Below are positions 1-10,727 of a DNA stretch of 64,000 nt, one piece after another. Both the position numbers and the translations under genes were made by a program. Within the stretch, counting starts at the first letter, position 1. Each line of letters begins with the position of its first letter. The DNA comes from Gemmatales bacterium. GTDB lineage: Bacteria; Planctomycetota; Planctomycetia; Gemmatales; HRBIN36. The DNA lies in NCBI GenBank assembly GCA_041640595.1, contig JBEPZY010000002.1, positions 468,651 through 532,650 on the forward strand. Direction: 5' to 3'. The notes below the pieces were generated by a model. That model made no database searches. It was not told the origin of the DNA and worked only from the letters and a program-made list of their open reading frames with translations.

Positions 1-154
1 CCGGGCTAGCGGCGAGGCACCTCTTGCGTGGGGCAGCTGTTAGCTTGAGGTCTCCATCGCCGTCATGACCGAATTAGCAAGGCACCGTTTTGCGTAGGTC
101 GGCCGGCCAGTAGCAGCCACCATAGCGATCAGGCACGGTTTAGCCCGGGCACCA

Positions 155-2581
155 TTAGCTATCGGGCGGGCATTCCGAGGCGATGCGGCGATAGATTTCC
201 CGAGCGCGATCAAACGCACGACGGGCTTCCTCTCGCTCGGCCGGAGCGATCATCTGATGCCGCGCTCGCCACAACTGTTCGATACATTCCTGGCACCATA
301 GCGCACTTTTGCGAGAAGCGCGAATCGGTTGACCAGCCACCAGCACATCCACCGGATTCGTGTGCAACTGTGGGAAACTGCGCAGCGCCACCCAGCTACT
401 GCGCTGGATGGGGATGCGGAATTCGAGATCGTGAATCCGATCGTCCGCCGGTACGATCGCCTGGGCCACCGGCCGGCCGTTGACTACGACCTCTACCAGA
501 CGTTTATCAGCAGCCAGCACCGCTCCACCTTTGGCGGTACCCAGCGGCAGTTGGCGGGCGAACGCGACCCGGGCTTGCACGCGTACTTCTCCAGGGCCAG
601 CAAGCTCCACTTTTTCACCCATCATTCGCCCATCCACGCTGAACTTCACCGCGTGGGCGTAGCCATCCGAAACATACGATCGGCCCTGCCGCAAGCCTTC
701 GCACCAGGCATTAAAATCAATCCGCTCAACCTTGCCAAGATAGACGTAAACACGACCTTCGCCCACTCGGCTGCCGCTGATGCACGGGAAATCCGTTTCC
801 CCGCTCACTTTCAATGGAAATCCGCAGTTGAGGATGTGGTACCAGCAATTCCATTCGAGCACGCGGGCCGTGTCCATAGCGCTGATAAAATCGCACAGCC
901 CCAAAGCCGTGGTCACGAAAATCTCCTGGGCCCCGATGCCATTGAGTTCGGGGATGGCATAATGCGGCAAAACCTGGTGAAAGTCTCCCTGGCCGCGAAT
1001 TGTGCTCTCGATTGCTTCGCGCAGACGGGTGTGGCTGCGGAGAGCTTCATCGAAACTGATCCGGCCATTGCGGTCGAGGTCTATTTTCTCGAAGGGTTCG
1101 GGTAACAGAGCATCGGCAGCTTCTTCACGGCTGATGAAACCGTCGCGATTTTTGTCGAGGGCGGCCATCAGGCGGTGGGTAGCATTGCCCGGCTCAATGT
1201 GCAGCCCGTTGGCGGAATGGGCGTATCCGGTCACTGCCCCTTGCGCTTTCGCCCAGCGCAACACCGGCGTGGTGTAGGTCGGCCAGCCCTTCTCTTTAGT
1301 CCCTTCCGAACCCGGATAGGTCTGGTCGCGCAAATTGATCAGGCAAACGTGTCCCAGAGCTTGCGAGCCAAACCCGCTCACTTCGATGTCGTATTTCAGC
1401 ACGGTGAACGGCTCGCTGATTTTGTGCGGATGCGGCTCGAAAAACTGCCGCTGGAATTCGAAACAGGGCCCCCAGGTCAGATTGCAACCGACGTTCAAAC
1501 CCTCCCCTTTGACGTGCAGGAACATGTCCTGAGCAAACACTCCTTCGGTGGGATTGGTGTAATGAGCGCAGCCGGCCGCGTGAATGTGATGGTCGCCGCA
1601 GTAATAACCATGCTCCATCATGTTGATCCAGCGCTCCAACCGCACTTCCAGTTCCAGCTCGCCTTTCTCCGGAACGACAATTTCTTGTCGCAAAAGACGA
1701 TATTCCGGCCCGCGACCGTACTCCATGACCAACCGACCCGGCGGTAGATACACCACGCCACCGTCGGGGCGATAAATCTGCTCCTGGAAAAAGAAATCGG
1801 GAGCCAACCGTTTGGCCTGAGGGGGATAGACTCGTCCCAGCGCGTCCTTGAACGTGAACCTGCCCACGGTGGGCTGGCCATCCCAGTCCCGCACCCGCAG
1901 GCGAACCGGAATAGCTGGCCGCACCGTGAACAGGATTGGCACTTCCCCTCGAAAACCCAGGTCCTGAGTACCCTGGCCAACATCGAAACTTAGCGTCGCC
2001 TCACGCTTCCCTGATTCGCTGCTGTGAATCAAAGCCAGGGCGTATTCCACTTTCAACCCGCTCAGATTGGGCGTCATGGGTTGCCGGGTAAACATCTCGA
2101 CATCGAGGAACCGTTGCCGATCTGCAGGCACTTTGCCCGCGGCTCCCCCCGAGAATATCGCTCCTGCTTGCGGACTGAATATCCGCAACGGTTTGGTCAC
2201 CGTGCTTTCGTTGATGACCTTGATAATGATCGGCACATAACCGCCTTGCTGCAAAATAGCTTCGGCTGGGCCGCGTTTCGCTTTCACCCGCGATTCGGGA
2301 TTGATGTTGACTTCGATGAGCACATGCGGGTCGAGCAGCTCCTGAATGCGGCGGGCGTCGCGGTCGCGGATAGCGCGTTGCAATGCCTGAACCGTAGCCG
2401 ACGGCAGGGGATGGCCCAGGAAATCGAGAGCCTTCAGCAGTCGCTCTACGTTAGCAGCCAGTGGCTGGCCTTCTACGTCAACAATCTCCAGCCGATGCTG
2501 GCTTGCACCCGGCTGCACCAGCCAGATAAGCATGGCCAGCGTTGCGCCTGCGACAATTGCCAGACTGCTGTACCGTGACAT
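155..2581 (-). CDS. Secreted CehA/McbA-family (PHP-like) metallohydrolase with internal EF-hand pair
   Basis: 808-aa ORF; N-terminal signal peptide; GDHHIH metal motif; GYAHS and SGETDFPC motifs; EF-hand loops DKNRDGFISREE and DLDRNGRISFDE; GGAGG RBS upstream. Confidence 0.75.
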   Translation of the reverse strand: MSRYSSLAIVAGATLAMLIWLVQPGASQHRLEIVDVEGQPLAANVERLLKALDFLGHPLPSATVQALQRAIRDRDARRIQELLDPHVLIEVNINPESRVKAKRGPAEAILQQGGYVPIIIKVINESTVTKPLRIFSPQAGAIFSGGAAGKVPADRQRFLDVEMFTRQPMTPNLSGLKVEYALALIHSSESGKREATLSFDVGQGTQDLGFRGEVPILFTVRPAIPVRLRVRDWDGQPTVGRFTFKDALGRVYPPQAKRLAPDFFFQEQIYRPDGGVVYLPPGRLVMEYGRGPEYRLLRQEIVVPEKGELELEVRLERWINMMEHGYYCGDHHIHAAGCAHYTNPTEGVFAQDMFLHVKGEGLNVGCNLTWGPCFEFQRQFFEPHPHKISEPFTVLKYDIEVSGFGSQALGHVCLINLRDQTYPGSEGTKEKGWPTYTTPVLRWAKAQGAVTGYAHSANGLHIEPGNATHRLMAALDKNRDGFISREEAADALLPEPFEKIDLDRNGRISFDEALRSHTRLREAIESTIRGQGDFHQVLPHYAIPELNGIGAQEIFVTTALGLCDFISAMDTARVLEWNCWYHILNCGFPLKVSGETDFPCISGSRVGEGRVYVYLGKVERIDFNAWCEGLRQGRSYVSDGYAHAVKFSVDGRMMGEKVELAGPGEVRVQARVAFARQLPLGTAKGGAVLAADKRLVEVVVNGRPVAQAIVPADDRIHDLEFRIPIQRSSWVALRSFPQLHTNPVDVLVAGQPIRASRKSALWCQECIEQLWRARHQMIAPAEREEARRAFDRAREIYRRIASECPPDS

Positions 2582-2816
2582 AACTCATCCTCCCGTGCGT
2601 AGCCGGTTCCGCTTCGCCCCGAAGCCCATGCTTGCTGGAGCCTAAACTACTCCACCGGAGCTATGAGGGCAACCATGGTGCACCTGGTGTCCTGGATTTC
2701 GGCAGGGTTGTTGAGCTTCAAGAGCACCAGCAGCGAGGAGGCTGCGACCGCGCTTGCTCAACTCGGTCTAACCGATTATTGTGCTGCCAAAGCAGCAGTA
2801 ACGAGCACGGATGGTT

Positions 2817-3767
2817 TCACGATTGCTTCGTGATTTCGGCAATGCTGTAAAAGTCTTCGTCGCGGCTTTGATAGGCGGTGATCAACTCGGCCAGGAAACC
2901 AATGGACATCATTTGCGATCCCAGCAAAATGGCAGCCACCGAATAAATCAACAGTGGTCGCGTATGAAGCGGCGCGAACTCATAGCCCCCGAATTGAGTC
3001 AGTATCCATTGCACCGTGAGATACACCAGACCCGCAAAACCGAGCGATGCTAAAAGAATACCCACCGTGCCGAGCAAATGTTGGGGCCGCCGACCATATC
3101 GGGTCAGGAACTGCACGGTCATCAGATCGAGGAACCCCTTGATAAACCGACTCGCACCGTATTTCGAATATCCGAAAGTTCGAGGTCGGTGCTGGACCAC
3201 CACCTCGCCGACTCGAAAACCGCGGGCGGCGGCCAGAACGGTAACAAATCGGTGCAGTTCGCCGTAAAGACGAATTTCGCGGAATACTTCGGCACGCCCT
3301 AACTTGAGACCGCAGTTATGGTCGTGTAAGTGTACTCCTGTCCACTTGCTAACCAGCCAGTTGAAAACGCGGCTGGGAATCACTTTATGCCAGGGGTCGT
3401 AACGCACCTTTTTCCAACCCGTGACCAGGTCGTAGCCCTTCTGGAGTTCGTCGAAGAGGCGGGGAATTTCACCGGGATCGTCCTGCAAATCGGCGTCGAG
3501 GGTGCAAATCCATTCTCCCCGAGCTTGGCGGATACCGGCAGCGAGTGCGGCAGCCTTGCCGAAATTACGACGAAAGCGAATCCCCGTGATTCGCGCATCC
3601 TGCTGCGCCAGCTGGCCTATCACCGACCATGACCCATCCGTGCTCCCGTCGTCCACAAAGATGAACTCCATTTCCCAGGCGTGTTTAGCCGCAACTTCTG
3701 CCAGTTCACGAGCCAGTTGTTCTAAGCTGGCCTCTTCGTTATAGACGGGAATAATTACTGAAATCAC
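2817..3767 (-). CDS. Family 2 glycosyltransferase (polyprenol-phosphate glycosyltransferase, ArnC/DPM1-like)
   Basis: ISVIIPVYNEE, VDDGSTD, RNFGKAAA, DADLQDDP motifs; two C-terminal TM helices. Confidence 0.9.
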   Translation of the reverse strand: MISVIIPVYNEEASLEQLARELAEVAAKHAWEMEFIFVDDGSTDGSWSVIGQLAQQDARITGIRFRRNFGKAAALAAGIRQARGEWICTLDADLQDDPGEIPRLFDELQKGYDLVTGWKKVRYDPWHKVIPSRVFNWLVSKWTGVHLHDHNCGLKLGRAEVFREIRLYGELHRFVTVLAAARGFRVGEVVVQHRPRTFGYSKYGASRFIKGFLDLMTVQFLTRYGRRPQHLLGTVGILLASLGFAGLVYLTVQWILTQFGGYEFAPLHTRPLLIYSVAAILLGSQMMSIGFLAELITAYQSRDEDFYSIAEITKQS

Positions 3768-3897
3768 AGCAGGCTAATCTCCGGCACTCCCTGTTCGTGA
3801 TACAGCCTGAATCGTTATAGCAAGTCCTATCTCGGCAAGCATCCCGAATTAGTTTAGTTTCCACGCCGACGGAAGCGGTATTCTGTTCGGGCAAAAA

Positions 3898-4914
3898 TCA
3901 ATCGCGGCGAGCTGGATTATTTCTGGGCAGGCAAAGCAGACATGTTCTCAACCAATCGGGCGCCATCAGAGCCACAGCCACCAGCACTTCGCTGGCGATC
4001 CAGACCAGCCTTAACACAACAGCCATCAAAGCTGCCTGCGGTGCTGTGATTACGCCGACGCCAGCCAGAATCCAGGCCAGGATTCCTTCGCGCACGCCGA
4101 AGCCTCCCGGCAGCAGGCTGACAAATCCCAGCACCACGGCGGCACTAATACTCAGCGTTACCAGCCCCAGCAGCTCGGTGGAAAAGTTCGCGGGTATCAT
4201 AGCCTTCAGTGCCAGCCAGGCGCTCAGGCCTAACAGCCACCAGTTGACTATGCCAACGGCCAATCCCGTTAGCAAAGCATTGTAACTTAGTCCCCAGGTG
4301 ATCGGTGCGCTGGTGTGATTGCGCAGTACCAACCAGCGCGCCAGCCGATTGAATCCCGCCGGCACTAGTGGGAACAGCATGGCCAGGCCTAACAGGATGA
4401 ACCCGCCGGCAGCTAACCAGGTAGGCCAATCCGAAATCAGGGAGGAGTTTCCGAAAATTTGTACCAGTTGCGGAGCTAATTGCTGCGCCTGTGGCTGAAA
4501 CAGGAGAAATCCGGCCACGAGAAATGCGCCAGCAGCCATGCAGGTGAGCGTTTCGTAAAAGACGGCCAGGATGGTAGCCGCTGGCTGCACCTGCACCGCA
4601 TGTAAGAGCGCAGCACGCAGAATCGGCACCAGCGCTTTGCCGGGCACGTATTTGCCAATATGACCGACAAAATACGCCCGGAAAACGGCAGCGAACGGTG
4701 TCGGCTGACCCAGGTTGCGCAGACACCACCTCCAATAAAACAGGCTCGGCAGGTACGCCACTAAATAAACTGCTCCGCAGACCGCCAGCCAGAACGTGTC
4801 CAATCGCCAGGCCTCGGCCGGTAACTGCGACCATTGCCGCGCAAATTCCCACGCAACAAAAGCTACAACCAGGCAGGTGATCAGCCACTTGATAACTGAT
4901 TTAGTCCAGCGCAC
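3898..4914 (-). CDS. LPG-synthase TM-domain / flippase-like membrane protein
   Basis: Multi-TM protein with GKYVPGK and PGGFGVRE signatures. Confidence 0.8.
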   Translation of the reverse strand: MRWTKSVIKWLITCLVVAFVAWEFARQWSQLPAEAWRLDTFWLAVCGAVYLVAYLPSLFYWRWCLRNLGQPTPFAAVFRAYFVGHIGKYVPGKALVPILRAALLHAVQVQPAATILAVFYETLTCMAAGAFLVAGFLLFQPQAQQLAPQLVQIFGNSSLISDWPTWLAAGGFILLGLAMLFPLVPAGFNRLARWLVLRNHTSAPITWGLSYNALLTGLAVGIVNWWLLGLSAWLALKAMIPANFSTELLGLVTLSISAAVVLGFVSLLPGGFGVREGILAWILAGVGVITAPQAALMAVVLRLVWIASEVLVAVALMAPDWLRTCLLCLPRNNPARRD

Positions 4915-4933
4915 TTAGCCAGTCTCCGCGAGC

Positions 4934-6958
4934 TTATCTTCGTGAGCGGTAACGGGAACGTCTGGGTTTTTTAACCTGGGGCGTCGCTACACTCTGACCA
5001 CGCAGGCGGAAAATCATATCCCGCAACTGAGCCGCTCGCTCGAATTCTAAGTTTTCCGCTGCCTCTAACATTTGCCGATGCAAGTCCTCCAGGTATTCCT
5101 GGGTAACGTACTGGTCCTCGTCCTGACCCGCGATGCGTGTCACCAGTCGGCGTGCCGCGATTTCCGATTCGATGCCGGCCCGGATGGCTTTGCGGATGGT
5201 TTCCGGCGTGATGCCATGCTCGGCGTTATACTTCAACTGCAACTCGCGTCGGCGATTCGTTTCGTCAATGGCCCGCTGCATGGAGTCGGTCACATGATCG
5301 GCATAGAGGATGACTTCGGCGTTCACGTTCCGCGCCGCTCGACCCATAGTCTGGATCAGCGAGGTCTCGCTGCGCAGGAAACCTTCCTTATCCGCATCTA
5401 ATATCGCCACTAATGACACTTCCGGCAGATCGAGACCCTCACGGAGCAGGTTGACACCGACTAATACATCAAACGCACCTTCTCGTAGTTCTTTCAGGAT
5501 GTGCCAGCGTTCAATGGCGTCCAGTTCCGAATGCAAATACTTGCAGCGGATGTTAGCATTTTTCAGATAAGCGGCTAAGTCTTCGGACATGCGTTTGGTG
5601 AGGGTGGTGACCAGGACACGCTCATGGCGTTCGACGCGGCGATGGATCTCCTTGATAAGGTCGGCGATCTGGCCCCGTGCTGGCCGAACATGCACGAGCG
5701 GATCCACCAGGCCAGTAGGTCGAATGATCTGCTCGACGACTTCGCCTCCGCACTTTTCCAGTTCATAAGGCCCCGGTGTGGCGGAAACAAAAAGTGCCTG
5801 GTGAATCCGTGCCTCCCACTCATCAAAACGCAGGGGCCGATTATCCAGAGCGCTCGGCAAGCGAAAACCGTGTTCCACCAGGGTGAGCTTGCGGCTATGG
5901 TCACCGGCAAACATCCCGCGAATCTGCGGTATGGTTACATGCGATTCGTCCACAATGAGCAGGAAATCCTTCGGGAAAAAGTCAATCAACGTATAAGGCG
6001 GTTCGCCCGGCTTTCGGCCACTAAGCCAGCGACTATAGTTTTCGATGCCAGGGCAGTGGCCGGTCTCTAATAACATTTCCATGTCGTAGCGTGTGCGGGC
6101 TTGCAGTCGCTGGGCCTCTAATAACTTGCCCTGCTCCTTGAACCAGCGGACACGCTCCTCCAGTTCCTGAGCGATGCCCTCCACCGCCTGACGGATGCGC
6201 TCTTCCGGTGTGACGAAATGTTTCGCGGGGTAAATATAGACTTCTTCCAGCGGCCGTAAGGTTTCGCCACTAACGGGGTGAATTGCAGCGAGGTATTCGA
6301 TTTCGTCCCCGAACATTTCGATGCGGAGGGCGTATTCTTCGTAGGCCGGCCAAATTTCGACAATGTCACCGCGGACGCGAAACTTGCCTCGGCTGAGTGT
6401 GGTATCGTTGCGCTCGTATTGAATATCCACGAGTTTGAGTAACAATTCGTCGCGATCCACCAGGGCACCGACGCGGAGGTAAATCATCATTTGCTTGTAA
6501 TCAGCCGGAGAACCCAGGCCGTAAATGCAGGAAACGCTGGCAACAATAATCACGTCCTCCCGGCTCATCAATGCGCTGGTGGCGGCCAGCCGCAGACGAT
6601 CTATCTCCTCGTTAATCGAGGCGTCCTTTTCAATGTAGATGTCGCGCTGGGGAATATAGGCTTCGGGCTGGTAGTAGTCGTAGTAGCTGATGAAGTAATG
6701 GACAGCGTTGCGGGGAAAGAATTCCTTGAATTCGCTGTAGAGTTGAGCGGCCAGGGTTTTGTTGTGGGACATAACCAGAGTAGGTTTGTTGAGAGCAGCG
6801 ATGACATGGGCCATGGTGAAGGTCTTGCCGCTGCCGGTCACTCCGAGCAACGTTTGAAAGCGTTTCCCCTGGCGGAATCCCTCTACCAGCTGGGCAATCG
6901 CTTTGGGTTGATCGCCGGCTGGCTGAAACTCGCTGACCAGTTCAAAGCGTGGCGGCAT
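4934..6958 (-). CDS. uvrB: Excinuclease ABC subunit B
   Basis: QPAGDQP, Walker [20 protein letters not shown] beta-hairpin, DESH, C-terminal UVR domain FERAAQLRD; start placed at MPPRF (6958). Confidence 0.98.
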   Translation of the reverse strand: MPPRFELVSEFQPAGDQPKAIAQLVEGFRQGKRFQTLLGVTGSGKTFTMAHVIAALNKPTLVMSHNKTLAAQLYSEFKEFFPRNAVHYFISYYDYYQPEAYIPQRDIYIEKDASINEEIDRLRLAATSALMSREDVIIVASVSCIYGLGSPADYKQMMIYLRVGALVDRDELLLKLVDIQYERNDTTLSRGKFRVRGDIVEIWPAYEEYALRIEMFGDEIEYLAAIHPVSGETLRPLEEVYIYPAKHFVTPEERIRQAVEGIAQELEERVRWFKEQGKLLEAQRLQARTRYDMEMLLETGHCPGIENYSRWLSGRKPGEPPYTLIDFFPKDFLLIVDESHVTIPQIRGMFAGDHSRKLTLVEHGFRLPSALDNRPLRFDEWEARIHQALFVSATPGPYELEKCGGEVVEQIIRPTGLVDPLVHVRPARGQIADLIKEIHRRVERHERVLVTTLTKRMSEDLAAYLKNANIRCKYLHSELDAIERWHILKELREGAFDVLVGVNLLREGLDLPEVSLVAILDADKEGFLRSETSLIQTMGRAARNVNAEVILYADHVTDSMQRAIDETNRRRELQLKYNAEHGITPETIRKAIRAGIESEIAARRLVTRIAGQDEDQYVTQEYLEDLHRQMLEAAENLEFERAAQLRDMIFRLRGQSVATPQVKKPRRSRYRSRR

Positions 6959-7249
6959 GGCTTTAGAGTTCTCGTTTTTGCATGTCAGGCAGGCGGTTGG
7001 CAAAAGCTCCAGGCGAGTCAGGTGGCGGCATGGCTTGCCGGATTTCCTTTGTGCATGGACGGCGGTCGTTCTTTCTGCAATTATAATTGGGCCTGCGAAG
7101 TGTGGCTGGCGGGCCAGACTTCTTCTTTTTTCGCCGATAGAATTGGCCCGGTGCCTTGACCAGCGGGCGCTTCGCTTCTACAGTAGCGTTCTCGGCCTGG
7201 TACAATAGCGACGAGGTAGCCGAGGAAGGTTCATTGTGAGGAAACAAGC

Positions 7250-10200
7250 GTGGAAACCGGTATGCGCGTGAATGTCCGACGGCTGGCAGGTAATCTGGGA
7301 GTGCGACCGATTCAGGTGCGGGCCGCTTTGCGGTTACTGCAAGCGGGAAACACCGTGCCGTACCTGGCCTATTACGGACGGGCACGCACCGGCGGTTTAT
7401 CCGAGACGGCACTCCGCCACCTTGCCCGCTATCTGGAAGAGCAAAAACGCCTGGCCGAACGCAAGCAATCGGTGCTTAAGCATATCGAGGGGCAGGAACG
7501 CCTGACTGCCGAGTTGCGCGAAAGCATTCTCCGCGCTGAGGACGCGCCCCAGCTGGAGGAGTTGTTCTATCCGTTCAAGCAGCCGCAAGAGACGCCAGCC
7601 GACCAGGCCCATGCCCAGGGCTTGAGCAAGCTGGCAGACGCCGTCTGGACCAGCGATCCGGTTGCCGAGCATCTGCAGGACCTTCTGCCCACTTTCGTCA
7701 ATCCCGACGTCGGCTTGAACACGCCGGAAGAAGTGCTGGAAGGAGTCCGGCATCTTTTAGCGGAACGGTTGTCGCAGCTCTGGCAGTGGCGACGAGTGGG
7801 ACGAAAGGCGCTGCGCGAACAGGCGGAGTTGGTAGCCCGTCGGCATCCGGAACTGCCTGAGGGCGAAGGTCAGGAGTACCGCGACTTTTTCGATTTTCGG
7901 GAGCCCATTCGCCGACTGCGACCTTACATCTTGCTGGCCCTGGTGCAAGGGGAACGTTCGCGGGCCCTGCAACTCGATATTGCTTGCGATGTGGAGAAGA
8001 TTCGTCAAACCCTGCTGGAAAACTTCCCCATTCAGGAACACCGGCATCTGGAACTGATCCGCAGCGCCGCCGAAGAAGCGGTGGAGCTTTATCTCATACC
8101 GGCGTTGCTCGGCGAATTGCGGCGGAAACTTTACCAGCGGGCGGAAGATTACGCGGCGGAAGTTATCGCGGCCAGTTTGCGGCGATTGGCGCTGGTGCGG
8201 CCAATGACAGGGTATCGCGTGCTGGCCATCGATCCGGGCTTGCGTCCGGGATGCCGTGTGGCTGTGCTGGATGAATCGGGCACGGTGCTGGAGTGCCGAC
8301 TGCTGCACCTTCTCACCCCATCTCGTGCCACTCGCGGGAAAACGAAGGAAACAGTTTCATCTTCCGCGGCAACCGGCGACACCTCCTCCAGCCACCAGAG
8401 CGATAATGCGATTTCCAGCCCGAGCGGAGCGACTACCGACGGAACTACCGCCAGCCAGGCTGCCAGCACTACGCCCGGCGATTCGGAGTTGGGCAACAAT
8501 TCTGAAACGGATACTCACGCTACCGATGCTGAATCGTCCGCCGCTAAAGAAGCCGCGACTTCCTCAGAAGGCCGTAGCCAGGATGCCCGAGTTTCGTTAC
8601 CGGATATTGAGCAACTTTGCGAGCTGGTGAAGCGTTATGAAGTGCAGGTCATCGTTATCGGCAATAATAACCACTGCCGCGAAGTCGAAAAACTGGTGCA
8701 GGAACTCATTCGTGAACGGCTGACGGATGGGCAATACAGCATCGTCAGTGACCTGGGAGCAGCACAGTATGCGGGTGGCATACTCGGCAAGGAGGAGTTG
8801 CCCAATCTGGATGCCGGTCTGCGTTTGGCAGTAAGTCTGGGTCGGCGGTTCCAGGACATGCTGGCCGAACTGGTCAAGGTGGACGTACCGAGCCTGGCCG
8901 GACTGCTCAACTTCTATGACATCGGTCCCCGCCGGGCTCAGGAAGCTGTGCGCCATACCCTGGAAAGTCTGGTCAATTGGGTGGGTGTGGATTTAAACCA
9001 GGCCAGTTTTTCCCAACTACGTTATGTGGCGGGATTGAACGACCACCTGGCCCGAGTGCTGGTGGATTATCGTCGCAATGTGGGACCGTTTCGCCGTCGG
9101 GAACAATTGCTGCAGGTTCCGGGCATCACCGAAGCGGTTTATAAGCAGGCGGCTGCGTTTTTGCGTATTCCCGACGGCGAGGAACCACTCGATTCGACCT
9201 GGCTTCATCCCGACCAGTATGACCTGGCGCGGCGACTACTGCAAGCGCTGGGCTTCTCGCCGGAAGCAGTGCGTGAGCCTTTCCGCCGCCGCGAACTGCG
9301 CCAGGCTCTGGGTCGCGTCGAGGTCAACAAACTCGCCGCAGAGCTCGGTTGCTCTCCCATAGCATTGCGGGAGGTGATGAATCACCTGTCGGCAGCCGGG
9401 CGTGATCCGCGATTATCATTGCCGGAGCCAATTCTGCGACGCCAACTCCGACCGGTGAGCGAACTCCGTGCCGGGGAGCATTATTACGGACTGGTGGTAC
9501 GGCTGCTGGATTTCGGCGCGTTTGTGGATATTGGAGCGGAAGAAACCGGCCTGCTACATAGAAGCCGCATGGGCCGAAGCAAGTTTCACTCCCCACGCGA
9601 GGTGCTCACGGTGGGGCAAGTGGTAAGTGTCTGGGTGGTGCAGGTGGATGCTGGCCTGAAACGCATTGCCTTGAGCCTGGTTCCACCGGTAGCGCGGCGT
9701 CGGCGAGCGATACGCCGTCGTCGCGCCGTGCGACCTTCCCCGCCGGTAACGATGATTGTTCAGCCACCCAAACCCAGTACCGCGGCAACGGTAGCCTCCT
9801 CTCCGGCGACAGCCGCGACCGCAGCAGTACCGGCCAGCACCGAAATCACAGCGCCCACACAACCGTCGGAAACAACCATGCCGGCTACTCCGGTACCTCC
9901 GCCGACAGTAGCCGGGCCGACTGGACCGACAATCGAACCGCCTGCAACCTGTCAAACGCCTCCCTCGCCGATCTCGGCTCCGACAGAACCAAAACCGGCC
10001 GAGACGCCTGCTCCCACGCTGACCGCTCAGGCGGAACCTTCGCCCACCCCTGTTCGTCCTCCTCGTCCAGCACGCAAGCCCGAACCGCTACTGTCACCGG
10101 CACGTGAAACGCCAACTTTGCCACCGGATGTCTTGAGCGGCAAAAGAGAATTACGAACATTCGCGGAATTGAAAGCGTTTTTCGAGGCCCGGCAACGATT

Positions 10201-10270
10201 GCAGGCCAGCAGTCAATCCACTGCTGAACAGCCGCCGGCCAGTCCGGTTTCGGATGATTCCGGACGATGA
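7250..10270 (+). CDS. Divergent Tex-family RNA-binding protein (Tex_N, YqgF-like, HhH, S1) with low-complexity insertions
   Basis: GNTVPYLAYY..TGGL, LAIDPGLRPGC, VGVDLNQAS, FGAFVDIG S1 motifs; Ser/Thr-rich insert and Pro/Thr-rich tail. Confidence 0.85.
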   Translation: METGMRVNVRRLAGNLGVRPIQVRAALRLLQAGNTVPYLAYYGRARTGGLSETALRHLARYLEEQKRLAERKQSVLKHIEGQERLTAELRESILRAEDAPQLEELFYPFKQPQETPADQAHAQGLSKLADAVWTSDPVAEHLQDLLPTFVNPDVGLNTPEEVLEGVRHLLAERLSQLWQWRRVGRKALREQAELVARRHPELPEGEGQEYRDFFDFREPIRRLRPYILLALVQGERSRALQLDIACDVEKIRQTLLENFPIQEHRHLELIRSAAEEAVELYLIPALLGELRRKLYQRAEDYAAEVIAASLRRLALVRPMTGYRVLAIDPGLRPGCRVAVLDESGTVLECRLLHLLTPSRATRGKTKETVSSSAATGDTSSSHQSDNAISSPSGATTDGTTASQAASTTPGDSELGNNSETDTHATDAESSAAKEAATSSEGRSQDARVSLPDIEQLCELVKRYEVQVIVIGNNNHCREVEKLVQELIRERLTDGQYSIVSDLGAAQYAGGILGKEELPNLDAGLRLAVSLGRRFQDMLAELVKVDVPSLAGLLNFYDIGPRRAQEAVRHTLESLVNWVGVDLNQASFSQLRYVAGLNDHLARVLVDYRRNVGPFRRREQLLQVPGITEAVYKQAAAFLRIPDGEEPLDSTWLHPDQYDLARRLLQALGFSPEAVREPFRRRELRQALGRVEVNKLAAELGCSPIALREVMNHLSAAGRDPRLSLPEPILRRQLRPVSELRAGEHYYGLVVRLLDFGAFVDIGAEETGLLHRSRMGRSKFHSPREVLTVGQVVSVWVVQVDAGLKRIALSLVPPVARRRRAIRRRRAVRPSPPVTMIVQPPKPSTAATVASSPATAATAAVPASTEITAPTQPSETTMPATPVPPPTVAGPTGPTIEPPATCQTPPSPISAPTEPKPAETPAPTLTAQAEPSPTPVRPPRPARKPEPLLSPARETPTLPPDVLSGKRELRTFAELKAFFEARQRLQASSQSTAEQPPASPVSDDSGR

Positions 10271-10338
10271 CAGTTTTTTCCATTCGCTCTGCGCATACAA
10301 TCCTTCTGAGGGACAAGATAACACCAGGAGGGTCAACG

Positions 10339-10581
10339 ATGATTCCGGAACAAATACGTCAGCCGGATGCAGAGCGTCCTCAAAAGGAAATGCCCGTTCC
10401 GTTAGCCCTCGGTTACCAGCCCCGCGTTTTGCCCAACGCTGTGGATGTTACTGGACTGGTACCCGACGAAGTTCACGTGGACCCATATATCACCGCTGGT
10501 CATCCAGGGTACGAAGAAAGCGGTGAGTCGCAAATTATCCCAATGGATCGCCTCACGGGCGGTCAATCGTCCGCAGGCTAA
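10339..10581 (+). CDS. Small hypothetical protein (80 aa)
   Basis: Strong AGGAGG RBS before ATG 10339; fills the gap between co-oriented genes. Confidence 0.6.
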   Translation: MIPEQIRQPDAERPQKEMPVPLALGYQPRVLPNAVDVTGLVPDEVHVDPYITAGHPGYEESGESQIIPMDRLTGGQSSAG

Positions 10582-10727
10582 CGCGGCAGGCGATCCCCAC
10601 TTCAACCACAAAACATCGCCTTACGTGGCTGCACAGAACCAGGCGGCGACTGTCTCATCGGTATGTTCGCATTGCGCCTCCAAGCAAACGCAGGCGTGCT
10701 AACCTTCCTAGCGTTCGGAGGGAATAC

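Noticed and set aside
1..148. CCGGGCTA...TAGCCCGG inverted repeat at the window start
   Set aside because: Only 8 bp and cut by the window edge; cannot be distinguished from chance
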